Positions 1 through 12,102 of a DNA stretch of 64,000 nt are shown here, one piece after another. Source of the DNA: Microthyrium microscopicum (Eukaryota); assembly GCA_010405405.1 (NCBI GenBank), contig MU004230.1, positions 4,234,282-4,298,281 on the forward strand, read 5' to 3'. How positions within the stretch are numbered: position 1 is the first letter of the stretch; every line of letters begins with the position of its first letter. A program made the position numbers and the translations under genes. Under the pieces are notes generated by a model that was not told the DNA's origin, made no database searches, and saw only the letters and a list, made by a program, of their open reading frames with translations.

Positions 1-1030
1 CCCACAATCCAGCACACACGCCACCCCGGCAAACGGAACCGCTTCGTCAACCCATCAATGATAAGTATATCATCCTCATTAACGTCCTCAATATTTGTAG
101 CCGCGCTGATCACGCCGCCATCGCAATCAGACGTGTAGTTGTAACCCCCATAAAACTCATCCATGATGAGCGTCGCGCGGTTCCGGCAGATGTTTTGGAT
201 CTCGGCCAACTCGTCTTCGGTCATAACTTGGCCAGTTGGATTGCGAGGGTTCGATGTGAGGATGACGGAGGAGCCGCGCTGGATTTCCTCTTCGATTTTC
301 TGTGGGTGGATGTGGTAGTTGTCTTCGGAGGAGAGGACGACGGGGATGGTGGCGAAGCCTTTGAAGAGCGTGAGCATCTCGTTGTAGGCGGTGTAGTCGG
401 GGATGAAGAAACTGAGGAAACAGGTTCCTATGACGGCGGCGATGCGGATTAGGCCGGCTCGGCCGCCTGGGACGATGGCTGGGTGGTGTTAGCTGGGGAA
501 GATACGAATGATGGGATGGTTCGAAGGAACTTGCCGACGTTTTCCCAGGTGTATTGGCTGTCTTTGCCCTTGCGGTGATGCTCGTTGTAGAGTCTGGCGA
601 CGGCTGCTCGTAGACTCTTAATGCCGGCAGTTGGGCCATACTCGCGACCTTCCATTGTGATTGGGATAGATGTTGGGCGCTTGAAGCAGCCTGGAATATC
701 GTCTTCGGCTTCTGGAGCTCCTTGTCCCAGATTGGCCCATGAACTCGGGTCGTCCATATATCCTCGCTCAAAAGCTCGCTCGGAACACCAGACGACTCCA
801 GTGGAGCCTCTGGTAGGGTCCTGAAGAGCCATTAGTTCAGTCTCCTGTGGTAGAGGATTAGGACTGGTTTGAGCTCACCAGGCCGGCATGTGGCTTGTGT
901 CCTTCATGACATTCTCGAAACTGCATATGAATAGCAGAGTTCTGCTCTGTAGGTTACAGTCAGATCAGCTTGGATATAGCACGTTCAGAATCATCCTACC
1001 ATTCACGGAAAAGCGGCGTGGAACAGACAT
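1..1030 (-). CDS. PLP-dependent class I/II aminotransferase (aspartate aminotransferase-like), 3' end outside window
   Basis: ATG at 1030; introns 999-947, 878-821 and 534-479 (GC-AG). Spliced product MSVPRRFSVNEQNSAIHMQFRECHEGHKPHAGLDPTRGSTGVVWCSERA..NLGQGAPE..YGPTAGIKSLRAAVA..SNPRNPTG..IMDEFY..DGLTKRFRLPGWRVCW carries the NP, DExY and PLP-lysine motifs. Confidence 0.9.
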
Positions 1031-3150
1031 CTTGAACCACTGAGTACTAAGATGTACTGCTTACGAGGCACTTGTTAGATGTGAAGAGGAGGGGCTGCGA
1101 TGTAAATCACAGCGACAGGACAAAGGCAGGAAGAAAAACCAGGAAGCAGGGCGGGTTATTAAATAAGGGTCTCGGGGTCGATCGATTTAGATCTGGTTTC
1201 AAGGCTTTCCCCAGTGACTGCTGCTTGCTCCTCAAGCTCCAACTTCGGATAGGCCCCCCAGAGCATAAAAGGGTCGAGCTACTTGCAAGTCTGCATCATC
1301 GCGCGGGCAAGCTGCAGCAACACACTTGCAACATGAAAGCTTGATTGGCTTGGATGGGAATAGTCTTCGTAAGAGGTAGGGAATGTCACTGAAATGCTTT
1401 TTTCTCTGCGTGGGCCTTTTGGCTGCCAGTGGACACCTTCATGTTGCTTATCACGGAAGCTGGTTTTGCAGCTCTCATCCGACCATCCAGGCGTCGCAAT
1501 GAGGGGTTGAATTCAAGGCCCAGGGTGATGGGACTATGACGTGGGGGCGATGTTTAAGGGTCTCGGGGAAGCGATGAAGATTGTTGGCAGTAAGATGCTC
1601 ATCTGAGATGGCATAGAGTATTGGATGGAAGTGACAGTTTGAGGTCGTAGAGCTGGAGATTGGGCACTATCTGTACGACTCTTTCAATACTCAGTAGTAG
1701 CTATCTTTAGTCCAAGCAAACAAACTACCAAGCTGAGCAAAGCTCGTCTTGGCTGTAGTCTTGCTACACATGGAGAGATATGCGGCCAAGGATTATCTCA
1801 GTTTCTCTAGAGTCATTATTTTACTGCAAGGCAGGCGGGGATAAATCAACACCCAAGACTACGGAGTCCTTGAAACGGGTCTGGACCCTTGTGGATGATC
1901 GCAAGCAACTTGCGCAATAGTCCCAAGGCGGAATAGCTTCTGATGCTTTTCTCAATGGAGATGGAAGGCTGGCTGACGCTGGGAGGCTGTTATGTGGCGC
2001 GCTATTGTATGACGGCCCGTCTGACAGCGGGGACAAAGACGTTGATGATTGTGATTCTTAACGCTGTAGATGAGAAAGAAAGTAATCGAGTAGTATAGTA
2101 AATTGATGGAGAGAAATACCTTGGACTAGGTAACTAGGTACGTATATAAGTTCTTCAGTTATTAATGGCAGGCGTGTAAGGAAAACAGCCTGACAGCTTT
2201 GGTATATGATACGAGATTGTTCAATATAACGTTGTAGGCTTCCCGTGGATAAGCAAAAACTGTATGGTATAACAGTGAAATCCTGAGCATTACTCAATCT
2301 TGATGTCACTTTCTTAATTGATACAGTACAATGAAAAGCTCAAGAACATTCAAGCAGCGCATGGCGCTATTGAAAAAGAATAAGAGACAGTGATTCGCAG
2401 AGTTGAGGGCGGATATGTGTGATAAGTCAACCAATACAATGGCTGGGAAGCCCAGCAAGGAAGGAGCAACCAGCGAAAATGCAGCATGTCAAGCAGCCCA
2501 AGCATGATGATGATCAAATGAAGTTTTTCAGGCTTTTTTACCACTATTTTAGCTTGCATTTATTTCAATGCTATGTGATATTGCCCATGAATGAATAAAG
2601 ACTACTCTGAGAGTAGAGTATCTTGTACTCTATGAGCGCTACCTACCTCAAATTCTCAACTAGCGGTATCAGTACAAGATCAAGCTTTCCAGAAAATCCT
2701 TTGTGATAATAAAACAAGCCACGATTGTTCTATACCTTATGCACCCGCCATCTGGAGACTGGCTGGCGACTTCCATTTGTGGAGTCCCCGCCGTAACTCT
2801 TGCCTGGTCAGTGGTGCTGGCGCTGGCGTCTGCACTCGTTCTTGCCCACTCAAAGCCCTCGCTCTGCACCGCCCTTGCCTTGCTCGGCAAGAACAAGCCA
2901 GTGGCCTGCGCAGTTTTCCAACAACAACTTCTCAACTCCACCACTACCTATCATACCATCCATTACTCTCATATTCTCACCAAAACAACATCACATCGCC
3001 AATATCCTTACTACTCCTCATTCCCCGCTGTATACTAACCCTCCGTCCTAACCGCCATGGTCTACATCTCCTCCAAGCCCTTCCTTTAACGCGTCGCCTC
3101 ATCTCCAGCCACTACACCCACCTCAGCTGCGAGCTGCATCCCATCTTGCC

Positions 3151-5375
3151 ATGGCCGATCGCCATGGAATAACTGCTGCTCAGACTCGGCCTCAAACCTA
3201 TGGCCAACCAGTCTTTGGCGCTCCCTTTCCTCCTCATCAACCCCCTCCGCAGGATCAAGATGCCGCTCGAATCCCGCCTATTTGGACAAACCAAAATCCA
3301 CCTCTTCCCCGCGGTCGAGCACCAAAAGATCCAAATGCCCGAACTGCAAAGTATAATTGCAATTCAATCCAAGAACTCGAGACAAGTCTGCGCGCCTATC
3401 TGGATAATCCCCCAGCGACGCCTGAACATTCCACTTGCGAGATAACACTTTGGCAAAATGCGTCATTGATAGTCCCCGAATCCGATCTTCCCCAACCGAC
3501 CCAAACAAATCAGCATAGTAATGGACCAGTATGGAATCCCCCCACAGTATTAGACGCTTTGCAGCCGACTCCAGATCCAAAAGATATTGTGAAAAAACAG
3601 CGCGCCGTCTCCAAACTTTGCGTGTCAGCCATACAGCGCGTAGATGGGTTTAAATATTCCTTCCACAATAATTGGAAGAGCGGAGAGGAGAATGCGTTTA
3701 GATTCTCATATTATTGCAACGACTCCTTGTTAAACAAAGATCGTGTTGCGAACGGAAAAGCTGGAACGGCTGGTAAGTTATCTGATAACAATGTCATGCT
3801 GGTTGACTTACGATGAATAGGGAGGAGAGCTACAAAACCGGTATACGACTGTAAAGGCGTCCTTAGCATCAAGTTTTCAGCAACCCGTTCATGCATTGAT
3901 GTGATATATAAGCACATACCTTGTCATGACACTTACGAAAGGAGAGCACCACCGCCACGGCGTGACTCCAAACGAAGAGCGCAGTGGGAGAAGGAGCAGC
4001 CCGAGAAGTTTGTAATCTCCCCTACATCCACTGTCTATACTGATAAAGTTAGTCCTGGCGACGCCTCAATGCCTGAGGTCATGCAGAAGAAGGAAGCGGA
4101 GGAAGATTCATGGAAGTCCAAAAAGCGTCAAAAGAAATCCCATCCTGCCCCAACTCCACCAAATCCGACTCCAAACCCAACACCAAACACCAATTCTTCT
4201 CGAGCAAGCGTGTCCGCCGAGAGTGAACTTCGTCAGCAGAGCATGGTTTCCCTGCTTGAGCTGATTAGGACCAACGACAGCAGCGACTCCGCTGCTAAAA
4301 CTCAAGAGAAGCAAGTGATGAATATGCGAGCCGCTTCTGTCAACGGTAATGGCATTCTTCCTTTGGGCCCAATGTCTACCATGAATAGACCCCATCCGCC
4401 ACCAAATTTTGCTCCGAGACCTGTCCAACCGCCTAAGCAGCCGATGCCTCAACAACCTCTTCCACCACCTGAGCCAATATCTGCGAATCCTTGTGAAACT
4501 TGCGCGCATTTCGGATCAAGAGTAAGTTTGTCGCGGGCGTTGTGGAATCGTCTAACATCTGTAGTGTGATCGAAAAATGCCACATTGTGATAACTGCAAA
4601 TCAAGGCATTGGCCGTGCTGGTACAAGCCCCCAGAGAAGCGTCAAAATAAAAATCTCGCAGCGGCCCAAGAAAGAGAGATATTCACTCTTCGACAACAAC
4701 TGGATACCTCATCCAAGGAACGAGAGCAACTCACCCGCGCAAGGGACCAGGCCCAGCAAGAGCGTGATAAAGTTCAACAATCATATAACGGAACTCAGAA
4801 ACACTTGGAGCAAGTTCAACAAAACCTCAAAAATTCACAAGACGAACATGAAAAAACTCAGAAGCGCCTCAAGGACACGATCAAGGATTCACAAGATCGC
4901 TGGAAAGAATCTGAAACTCGTATCAAGTCTCTGGAAACTCAACTTCAAGAGAAAACACTGGCAGCTAGTCAAGCGCAGGCACAGGCGGCCCAGGTAGCAA
5001 CCCACAATACGGCTCATATCCACAGGCAACCACTCCCTCCCACATATGCGCCTCATCAGATTACGCCGGTTACCAGACAAAACACGCTTCCTTCGTATAG
5101 CTCCCATGCCGCCAGTAATGCTGACAGAACGTTGAACCAAAATTACTTCTCAGGCTACCCTCCACCGAACCGTAAGTACCCGATGGCTTTGACCACCCAA
5201 TCTCAATGCTAATTCGTCGATAGCAGCGCATAATAACAGAGGTCATATGTTCCCTCCCGCGCAATCCATGGTTCAGCCTCGCTGGGGTCAGCAGCCTATT
5301 TTGCAGCAGTACTCGCAAAGCCACGAGAATCCTAACATCTGGGACAATTCCCATATGCCTTCACAGATGCGATAG
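3151..5375 (+). CDS. Putative transcription factor: WRKY/GCM1-like Zn domain, Zn(II)2Cys6 cluster and coiled coil
   Basis: ORFs 3151, 3901 and 4577 join via introns 3773-3820, 4522-4564 and 5172-5223; a possible in-frame intron lies at 4008-4052. Splicing creates CETCAHFGSRCDRKMPHCDNCKSRHWPC (C-x2-C-x6-C-x6-C-x2-C-x6-C). The start may instead be ATG 3057 via a weak intron. Confidence 0.8.
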
Positions 5376-6602
5376 ATTCTGTCTCGCGAGGAAGATTGGG
5401 AATGTGAGCCACAAGTTCACCAAAGTGGACTCACAAACTTGCCAAACTGTCACACTACATCCACACTCAACCCGAAATTTATTGCGACAAACATGCTATT
5501 GAGCTTGCGATTTGCGTTCATTCAGAAGTAAACGTACTCGAGGTGAATAATGCTAAGAGAGGGTTTACATTTTATAGTCGACGTTTACTTTTCTTCTTTG
5601 AGGTTTTCATGAATTGCTTTCTGCGATATACCATTTTGAGCATTGCGTTGATCATTTTTTGTTTTAGGAAGAATAGCAAGCATAGCACGGTCAGGCATCG
5701 GAAAGGAAAGTCATGTCATGGTCGAGGGCCGTACTTGATGCGTACGTCTAATAACCAGAGTTTGTGCGTATGATGATATAACGAAGAACAAAATGATTAG
5801 GTTTTATTTTATATTTCATGACTATTCTCTATTCTATTTTTAGAAACACTGTTAGATTGAGTACCAATATTTCAGTCGACTAAATACTTTCTAGGTCGTT
5901 TCCGGCACGCTTTTGTCGGGTGAACCAGACTATGAACGCTTTCTGACCACTGGTGTTCTAAAAATAGATTCGACCTTCTCAACACCATTTGATACCAATC
6001 TTTCTGTGGGCAGAAATATCTAGACTCAGAGACTCTTTCATCGATTCGAACAAAACAAACTGGTAGCAGATCAACAACCAGATACTTCATCACTTGTAGA
6101 CCCCAAATCGAACAAGATGAAATCAAACAATCTGCACGGCGCACGTTTAGACACTCAGTTTTGAAGTAAGATGAGCTTAGACTGTCAGTGATGCACCCTT
6201 CAGGCTTCGGTCTTTGACATTTCGGTACTTAGGATGACTCTGAGAAATGTTCTAATGGGTAGCAACAAAGCCATCCTGTAGTGACTGGACTCGACTGTTA
6301 GCAGTAGACCAACAGCGCCTAGTAATAGCACCATAGTTGGACAGTTTCTACCATACGTGTGTCAGTACCGAAAACATCGTCTTGCCACCAGGCCTAGTGG
6401 TCAATACCGCACCCGCTGCCTCCAATTTTCAAACTCTTCAACTTTATATTTTCTAAAGCCCAGAACATGTAAATCGGAAACTACAACGACCACTCCATGA
6501 ACTCCTGAGTGTCTTGTTCCTGAGAAAACTTTGCATCATACATCCTGCCACACGGCAATCTCAAGTTTTCATTTGTCTGACATCCTCAAAAGTGTCTGCA
6601 CG

Positions 6603-9149
6603 ATGAAGTTGCCAGCAGACCTGCCAAAGGCAGCGCTCGACAGCATCACGACTCTTCCATTCATTACTTCGGCATTTTCGGTTCCTAAAAGCACTGTTGT
6701 ATCTGCTTCAACTCTTTCAACTGCTATTCTACCTAGGCAGGCAGCAGCATGGACGTCTACTTCTTCACCCATGATCTCCAAAAAGTCTGACAACAACCTT
6801 ATCCGCAGACAAGTTCCACCTCCAACTCCAATATACTCGACTTATCCAGCCTATGATGGGTATAAATCACAGGCAAATCCAGTAGCGAATGAATATATAC
6901 CCTGGAGTGGAGCTCCGAGTGAATATCAAGCTACTCCAACTCCTGGAAGACCCAGTGATCAGTATGGAGGAGGGCCACAGCCGACATTTGCAGCTAGAGA
7001 CGCGCAAGAAAGACCGTACATTGTCACGATAACAGTTCCCCAGAACAACACCGCAGTACCGACCCCGTCCCAAGCGCAGTACAAGCCGTCATATGTACCC
7101 CAGCAATACAAGCCACCGCCACCCAACCCGCCTCCCAGTATGGTCACACTTGCCCCAAGATGTTATCCCCCACAGATCATGACCGTCACTGCGATTGTTA
7201 CCAGAACTTCAACAGTCTACAAAGACTATCAAGAGTACGATGTTGTCGCGAGGCCAGTAGTGGTGACTAAGTACCAAACTGTCACTGTGGATTGCAATGC
7301 TTGCACGCAAGCTGCGGCTAATGGTATGCATACAATGATTGATGGAGAGTACTACCAGGGAGGCTCTTGCACAAATCCTACGAAAAATGCTTGGCACAGC
7401 AACGATAACTGGAATTATCCCCCAGCTCAACCTCCGCAACCTCCGCAGCGACCTCCACAAGCTTGCTGGCAAGGGAACCAGACGGACTGCCATCCTCCTT
7501 ACAGTTCCCCGAAGCCTCCGCACCCGCATAACCAGCCTGGGCCTCGATGGAAGCCCTCAGGTTCACAGCGGCCACACAATAACACTGGAAGACCTCCAGT
7601 ATATCATCCTCAGAATTATAGGTGCAATGAATACAATGGAGAATGTGGAGGAAGTTCACCAAATCCAAATCAGAATGATAGACCGCGTTACAAATCCCCA
7701 GGTCAATCACCAGAAGACCAGATTTGGTATCCAGGATATGAAGAGTCGGAAAGGCCAAGGCCAGCACCCGAGCGACCATGGGATGGAAACCACGGTCGCC
7801 CACACCCACATCATCGACCAAAAGATGCGTGGCTTTACGATGAAGGCCCAGCGAATCTACCTCCACTGACACAGCTACCTCCCGGACATGTTCCGAACCA
7901 TGGACAAGATTGGGTACCTCCTCGGACCAAGCAGACTGGACCTCCAACTCCCATAGAACGCAATCATGATGGCTGGTACGATAGACCTCCACCTCCAGGG
8001 TCTCCACTACTTGCTCCAGGACCCATGTACTTGCAAGTAGAAGGAACTGGACCCGGTCGAGCAGCCCTTGACTATCCTCAACCTACTGGCTGCCGAAGTA
8101 ATAACGCTGTCGAGCCATATAGCCAACAGTGGTCTGTCGCAGCTGCACAACAACCTGACGATCCAGAGCACGAGTGCCACACATTCATCCGTAGTCCTCA
8201 GTCCGCGGATCATCAGGAAGTCTGGCCACCTGGACGTCCCCATTCCCCATATCAGCCACCTCCACGACCTGAACCTCAAGGACCGCCATACCAACTACCA
8301 AATGGCTTCGTCCAGACCGGTAAACCAGTGTACGTAAATCATAATGGTGCACGGTATGTCGAAGTTGAAGGATGGTACTTGGATAACAACGGAAATCAGC
8401 CTCCATCAAATGGCAATCCTCCACAACCTCACCGTTTTCCGCAGCCTGGACATCAGCCTGAGCACCATCATCCACCGTGCCATGGTCCTGAGTGTCAACC
8501 ACAGCATTTCCCGCCAGGACCTCCGTACTCACCAGGGAGACCCCCCTTTCCTCCTTACCCTCGCCCTGAACTACCTCCACCACCGCCTCCATATCATCCT
8601 CAGCCTCATCCAGAACCATACTCCAACCCACCTGACTACCACTGCCCATCCTGCAACTCCCATGACAGCCCTCCCCACCATCCTCCCACAGGCCCAGACT
8701 ACAAATGTACAAACTGCCACTCCCCACCACCACCGCGTCCCTACAAACCTCCCTACCCACCACCAAGATACCCCGGTCCCCCTGGCCACGGTCCCCTCCC
8801 ACCTCCCTACCCACCGCGCCCCTCCAACTACCGATCCCCATCTCCACCACCACGCCAATCATGTGCCCTAGCACACGGGCGACGCATCCGTGGCTTCCTC
8901 GTACAGTGTGATGAAGATGAAGTTCCGTATAGTGGCGCTGGCGCAGGGACGTTGGTGGTAGTGACGAATGTTGAGCGCTTCGATGGGTGCTTGGATGAGT
9001 GTGTACGGACGAGAGGTTGTGTGGGTGTGGCTTGGACACCGGATTCGATGGGGGCGAGAAGGAGGGGCGATTGTGAGTTAAAGAGTAGGGGGCGGACGAG
9101 GAAGGAGTATCGGCCTGGTGTTTGGAGTGGACGCATGGTTGGTGTTTAG
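6603..9149 (+). CDS. Proline-rich protein with C-terminal PAN/Apple-like domain
   Basis: Long single ORF, first ATG 6603; extensin-like Pro/His/Tyr repeats; C-terminal FLVQCDED..RFDGCLDECVRTRGCVGVAW..CELKS matches the fungal PAN/Apple cysteine pattern. Confidence 0.7.
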   Translation: MKLPADLPKAALDSITTLPFITSAFSVPKSTVVSASTLSTAILPRQAAAWTSTSSPMISKKSDNNLIRRQVPPPTPIYSTYPAYDGYKSQANPVANEYIPWSGAPSEYQATPTPGRPSDQYGGGPQPTFAARDAQERPYIVTITVPQNNTAVPTPSQAQYKPSYVPQQYKPPPPNPPPSMVTLAPRCYPPQIMTVTAIVTRTSTVYKDYQEYDVVARPVVVTKYQTVTVDCNACTQAAANGMHTMIDGEYYQGGSCTNPTKNAWHSNDNWNYPPAQPPQPPQRPPQACWQGNQTDCHPPYSSPKPPHPHNQPGPRWKPSGSQRPHNNTGRPPVYHPQNYRCNEYNGECGGSSPNPNQNDRPRYKSPGQSPEDQIWYPGYEESERPRPAPERPWDGNHGRPHPHHRPKDAWLYDEGPANLPPLTQLPPGHVPNHGQDWVPPRTKQTGPPTPIERNHDGWYDRPPPPGSPLLAPGPMYLQVEGTGPGRAALDYPQPTGCRSNNAVEPYSQQWSVAAAQQPDDPEHECHTFIRSPQSADHQEVWPPGRPHSPYQPPPRPEPQGPPYQLPNGFVQTGKPVYVNHNGARYVEVEGWYLDNNGNQPPSNGNPPQPHRFPQPGHQPEHHHPPCHGPECQPQHFPPGPPYSPGRPPFPPYPRPELPPPPPPYHPQPHPEPYSNPPDYHCPSCNSHDSPPHHPPTGPDYKCTNCHSPPPPRPYKPPYPPPRYPGPPGHGPLPPPYPPRPSNYRSPSPPPRQSCALAHGRRIRGFLVQCDEDEVPYSGAGAGTLVVVTNVERFDGCLDECVRTRGCVGVAWTPDSMGARRRGDCELKSRGRTRKEYRPGVWSGRMVGV

Positions 9150-9762
9150 TTGTTTGGTGATAGGAAGGAGTGGATTGTATTATGTGGCTCGGTATGTGTT
9201 TTGTATTTCTGCTTATGTTATTGGACTCAAGGCTGGGTTGAAGCATGGTGTTTGGTTGTACTGGGTGGTTGATGATTTGGATTATTGCTGGTATGATTTT
9301 GTGTACTGTGTATATTTAGGGTCGAGCCCATTTTAATAGAAAATATGATTCAGGCTAGTCGTCTTGAAATCTTACTGTTGGATTGGAACTAATCAAGATC
9401 AAAATTCACGATAAATGCTCCAATATCTCTCATGTATAACTTGTATATGATGATATTGTGATCCTCGAACTTTGATTGGTTAGTAGCACGCGAGGCTGAA
9501 CTTGCCACTAATTGGTCGGCGCTTGCCCTTGATAAGTTAACGCTGATAACTAAGCGACCCCAAGGTAGGATGCGCCTTCCATAGCTTGCCTTTGCCTTCC
9601 CGACTTCAATCCACGACCTGGATATTGGGACCTTTCAATTACCGCTGCCTAATCGCACTTTATATCTGTCACCATCCCACAGCACCCACTCTTGATCTCA
9701 ATTCTCCTCTATACACCATCAACTATATGTCAAGAGCCAACGTCCACATCAAACTATCAGCC

Positions 9763-10404
9763 ATGGGCTTTCCCGTCGTCAGAATCGCCAAGTTTGTAGG
9801 CACCATATCACTAGGCCTACTAACCGTACGTCCTCTCCCAGAGTCTTGCTCAAAACACCTGCCATATCAATCAAAGATGTCACGATAACTAACTCCACTG
9901 TAGGGCATCTCATATTCTCTCTCAACCATCACCTTCCCCGCCCTCCTCCATCTCCCCACGGCCCCCCTCGCCGCCCAAACAAACACCTACGTGCGCACCG
10001 CCGCCCGCACTCTCCAACGCCAACTATCCACCATCTGCACCGGCGCCTTCATCTTCGCGCTCCTATGTTCCCCGCGTCGCCTACGCCATCCATATCTGCT
10101 GTATACAGCACTCGTCTGCCAGCTCGGCGCTTCCACGCGCGTCGTCGATAATGCTGCGCGGAAACTGTATCCCGCTGCATTCAGCACGACGGACACGAAG
10201 AGTCGCGCGGAGGAGTTGGCGGAGAGCGCGGTGTTGGTGGGGCAGGGGAGCTCGAGTAGTGAGAATGAGGAGGAGGAGGATGTTAATGGCGAGGTGGTGA
10301 GACGGGAGGTGGAGAAGGCGCAGGCACAGGAGAAGATTCGATTTGGTGTATGGGGTTTTGGATTTGTGGTTGGTGTTATTGGGATTTGGGGAGATATGCT
10401 ATGA
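9763..10404 (+). CDS. ATG33: Mitophagy protein Atg33/Scm4 family
   Basis: MGFPVVRIAKFVGTISLGLLT, intron 9826-9903, then GISYSLSTITFP..RHPYLLYTAL..DVNGEVVR..GFVVGVIGIWGD, all typical of the family. Confidence 0.8.
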
Positions 10405-10640
10405 CAGAGATAACGCGTGAGGCTGTCTTTGCTTATAGGGTTTATTAGGGGGGGGACCATGATGATATGAGAAGAAGAGGGGGAAATGATTTTTGAAAGA
10501 GTGTTTTGACAATGTTCCACTCAGTATAACTATATTCGCCTGAGCAGCTAATTGCTCAGACACATCCCTACTTATAACCAGCATATCTACAGTAGTAGAT
10601 GTTGCAATGAGAAGTCCCCACTAATTTTCTATACCTTCTT

Positions 10641-11854
10641 TTACCAGATCTTCGGTATCAACATTGGCGTATTCTTCTTCCATTCCTGATAGTCCTTGCG
10701 CTTGCCATACTTGCCATCATATTTCTTCTCACTCAACGGTATCCCACTAACCTTCGTCAACAAAAATGTCGTAAACGCCGGACTCGCCCCCGCCAACAAA
10801 CACGCGCCCAGCCGTCCACCCACCCCCGTCCATCCCAACGCCGCCTGTCCCACTCCACTCGCCAACACTGACGCTGCAGCAATCGCTACTCCGCTCCACA
10901 GCGCAATCTCACCTGCGTAGTTGGGATGTCTGCTCTTGCCCCATAGTCCGCGCGTCAAGAAATCTTCGCTGTGTTTCTTCGCTTTCTTCTCGGCGACCCA
11001 CTTACTCTTTTGCGCATCTGCTGCGACTTCGAGCGCAAATCCACTGATCCAGAGCGCAACGCCGAGAACGCTAAAGGGCGTGAGGAGGGGGAGTTTGGCG
11101 AATGTGTTGGGCGGGAGAGCGTTGAGGGCGATGATGGGGAGGAGGTTGAGAGAGACCCATGTTGCTTGCGCGAAGAAGGCGACTAGAAAGGAGGGTGGAG
11201 AGGTGCGGATTTTGTCGAAGCGGGAATCTGTGCCGTTGTCCGAAGTTATGCGGCTGAAAAGATGGGTGCCCACTGTCAAAGCGTTAGAAACGAGGATATG
11301 GGATAGGGAAGATGTGCGTACGGCGGGTGGCCCAGACAGATACGGCGGCGCTGAGGGCGAGTTGGCGCCAGTCCCACCAGCCTCCTTGCGCGAGAGGTTT
11401 GCCGAGAAGAGAGGCGGTGATTGATGGCCAGGGGAGGGTTGATGCTGTTGCGGCGCGGGCGCGGAGGACGGGGAGAGCGAGGCTTAGTGCTGTGCAGGAG
11501 AGATAGGTTAGGGAGCCGGAGAGATCGTAGAATCGTTCGGATCTGGTTGGTGTTAGAGTTTCATGTATCAATGTAAAGATCAAAGGTTCGAATGGGTGCA
11601 TGACATGAGTAGAGTATGGGTAGTACTGAAGGAGAAAAATTGTCCAAGTCAAAGAATATATAAGCTCGACAGTTTCTATTCTTCCAGACTGCTTGTGCTA
11701 ATATGAGGGAAATGTTTGATTTGAATACTTACTGAGCAATGATACTGGGAATCGCGAATGCACCCTGGATAGCAAACGCAGCCCCTACTGTTGGGACCAA
11801 AGTCCTCAGCAGCGGGGACTGGAAATTCGTCGCACGAAGAAGAGCACTTAACAT
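10641..11854 (-). CDS. DUF1295 / steroid 5-alpha-reductase-like membrane protein
   Basis: Introns 11732-11543 and 11321-11273; motifs SERFYDLSGSLTY, DSRFDKIR, EVAADAQKSKW, GLWGKSRHPNYAGEI, SGIPLSEKK. Confidence 0.9.
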
Positions 11855-12102
11855 CTTGTTGCCTGTGTAAGTTCTTTGTTCATTGAAACTTTCCGCAATA
11901 GGAGTTGGTAAAATCGCAGTGTGTTAGTTATGTTTCGATGGTGACAAGAGGAAGTTGGAAAATGAATGACGCTGATATGAACCCTGTCGAGCCTTCAGCC
12001 TCAGCCTTATGCCACTCATTTCATTTGCTAGACAATATTCCAGAAACAAATGTTAAACAGAAGAAAAGCTATTACAGCAATAATTACATTAAGTTGTACT
12101 AA

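Noticed and set aside
1350..2660. Short ORFs between the aminotransferase and the transcription factor
   Set aside because: Could not be spliced into a coherent protein; no TIR or LTR seen.
8185..9246. 353-aa minus-strand ORF and other long antisense or alternate-frame ORFs (e.g. 14299-15526, 28066-28560, 49541-50128)
   Set aside because: Shadow ORFs of well-supported genes in GC-skewed sequence; no recognisable motifs.
11543..11732. 190-nt DUF1295 intron as a possible stwintron or snoRNA host
   Set aside because: An internal CAG exists but there is no split donor that would be reconstituted, and no C/D or H/ACA architecture.
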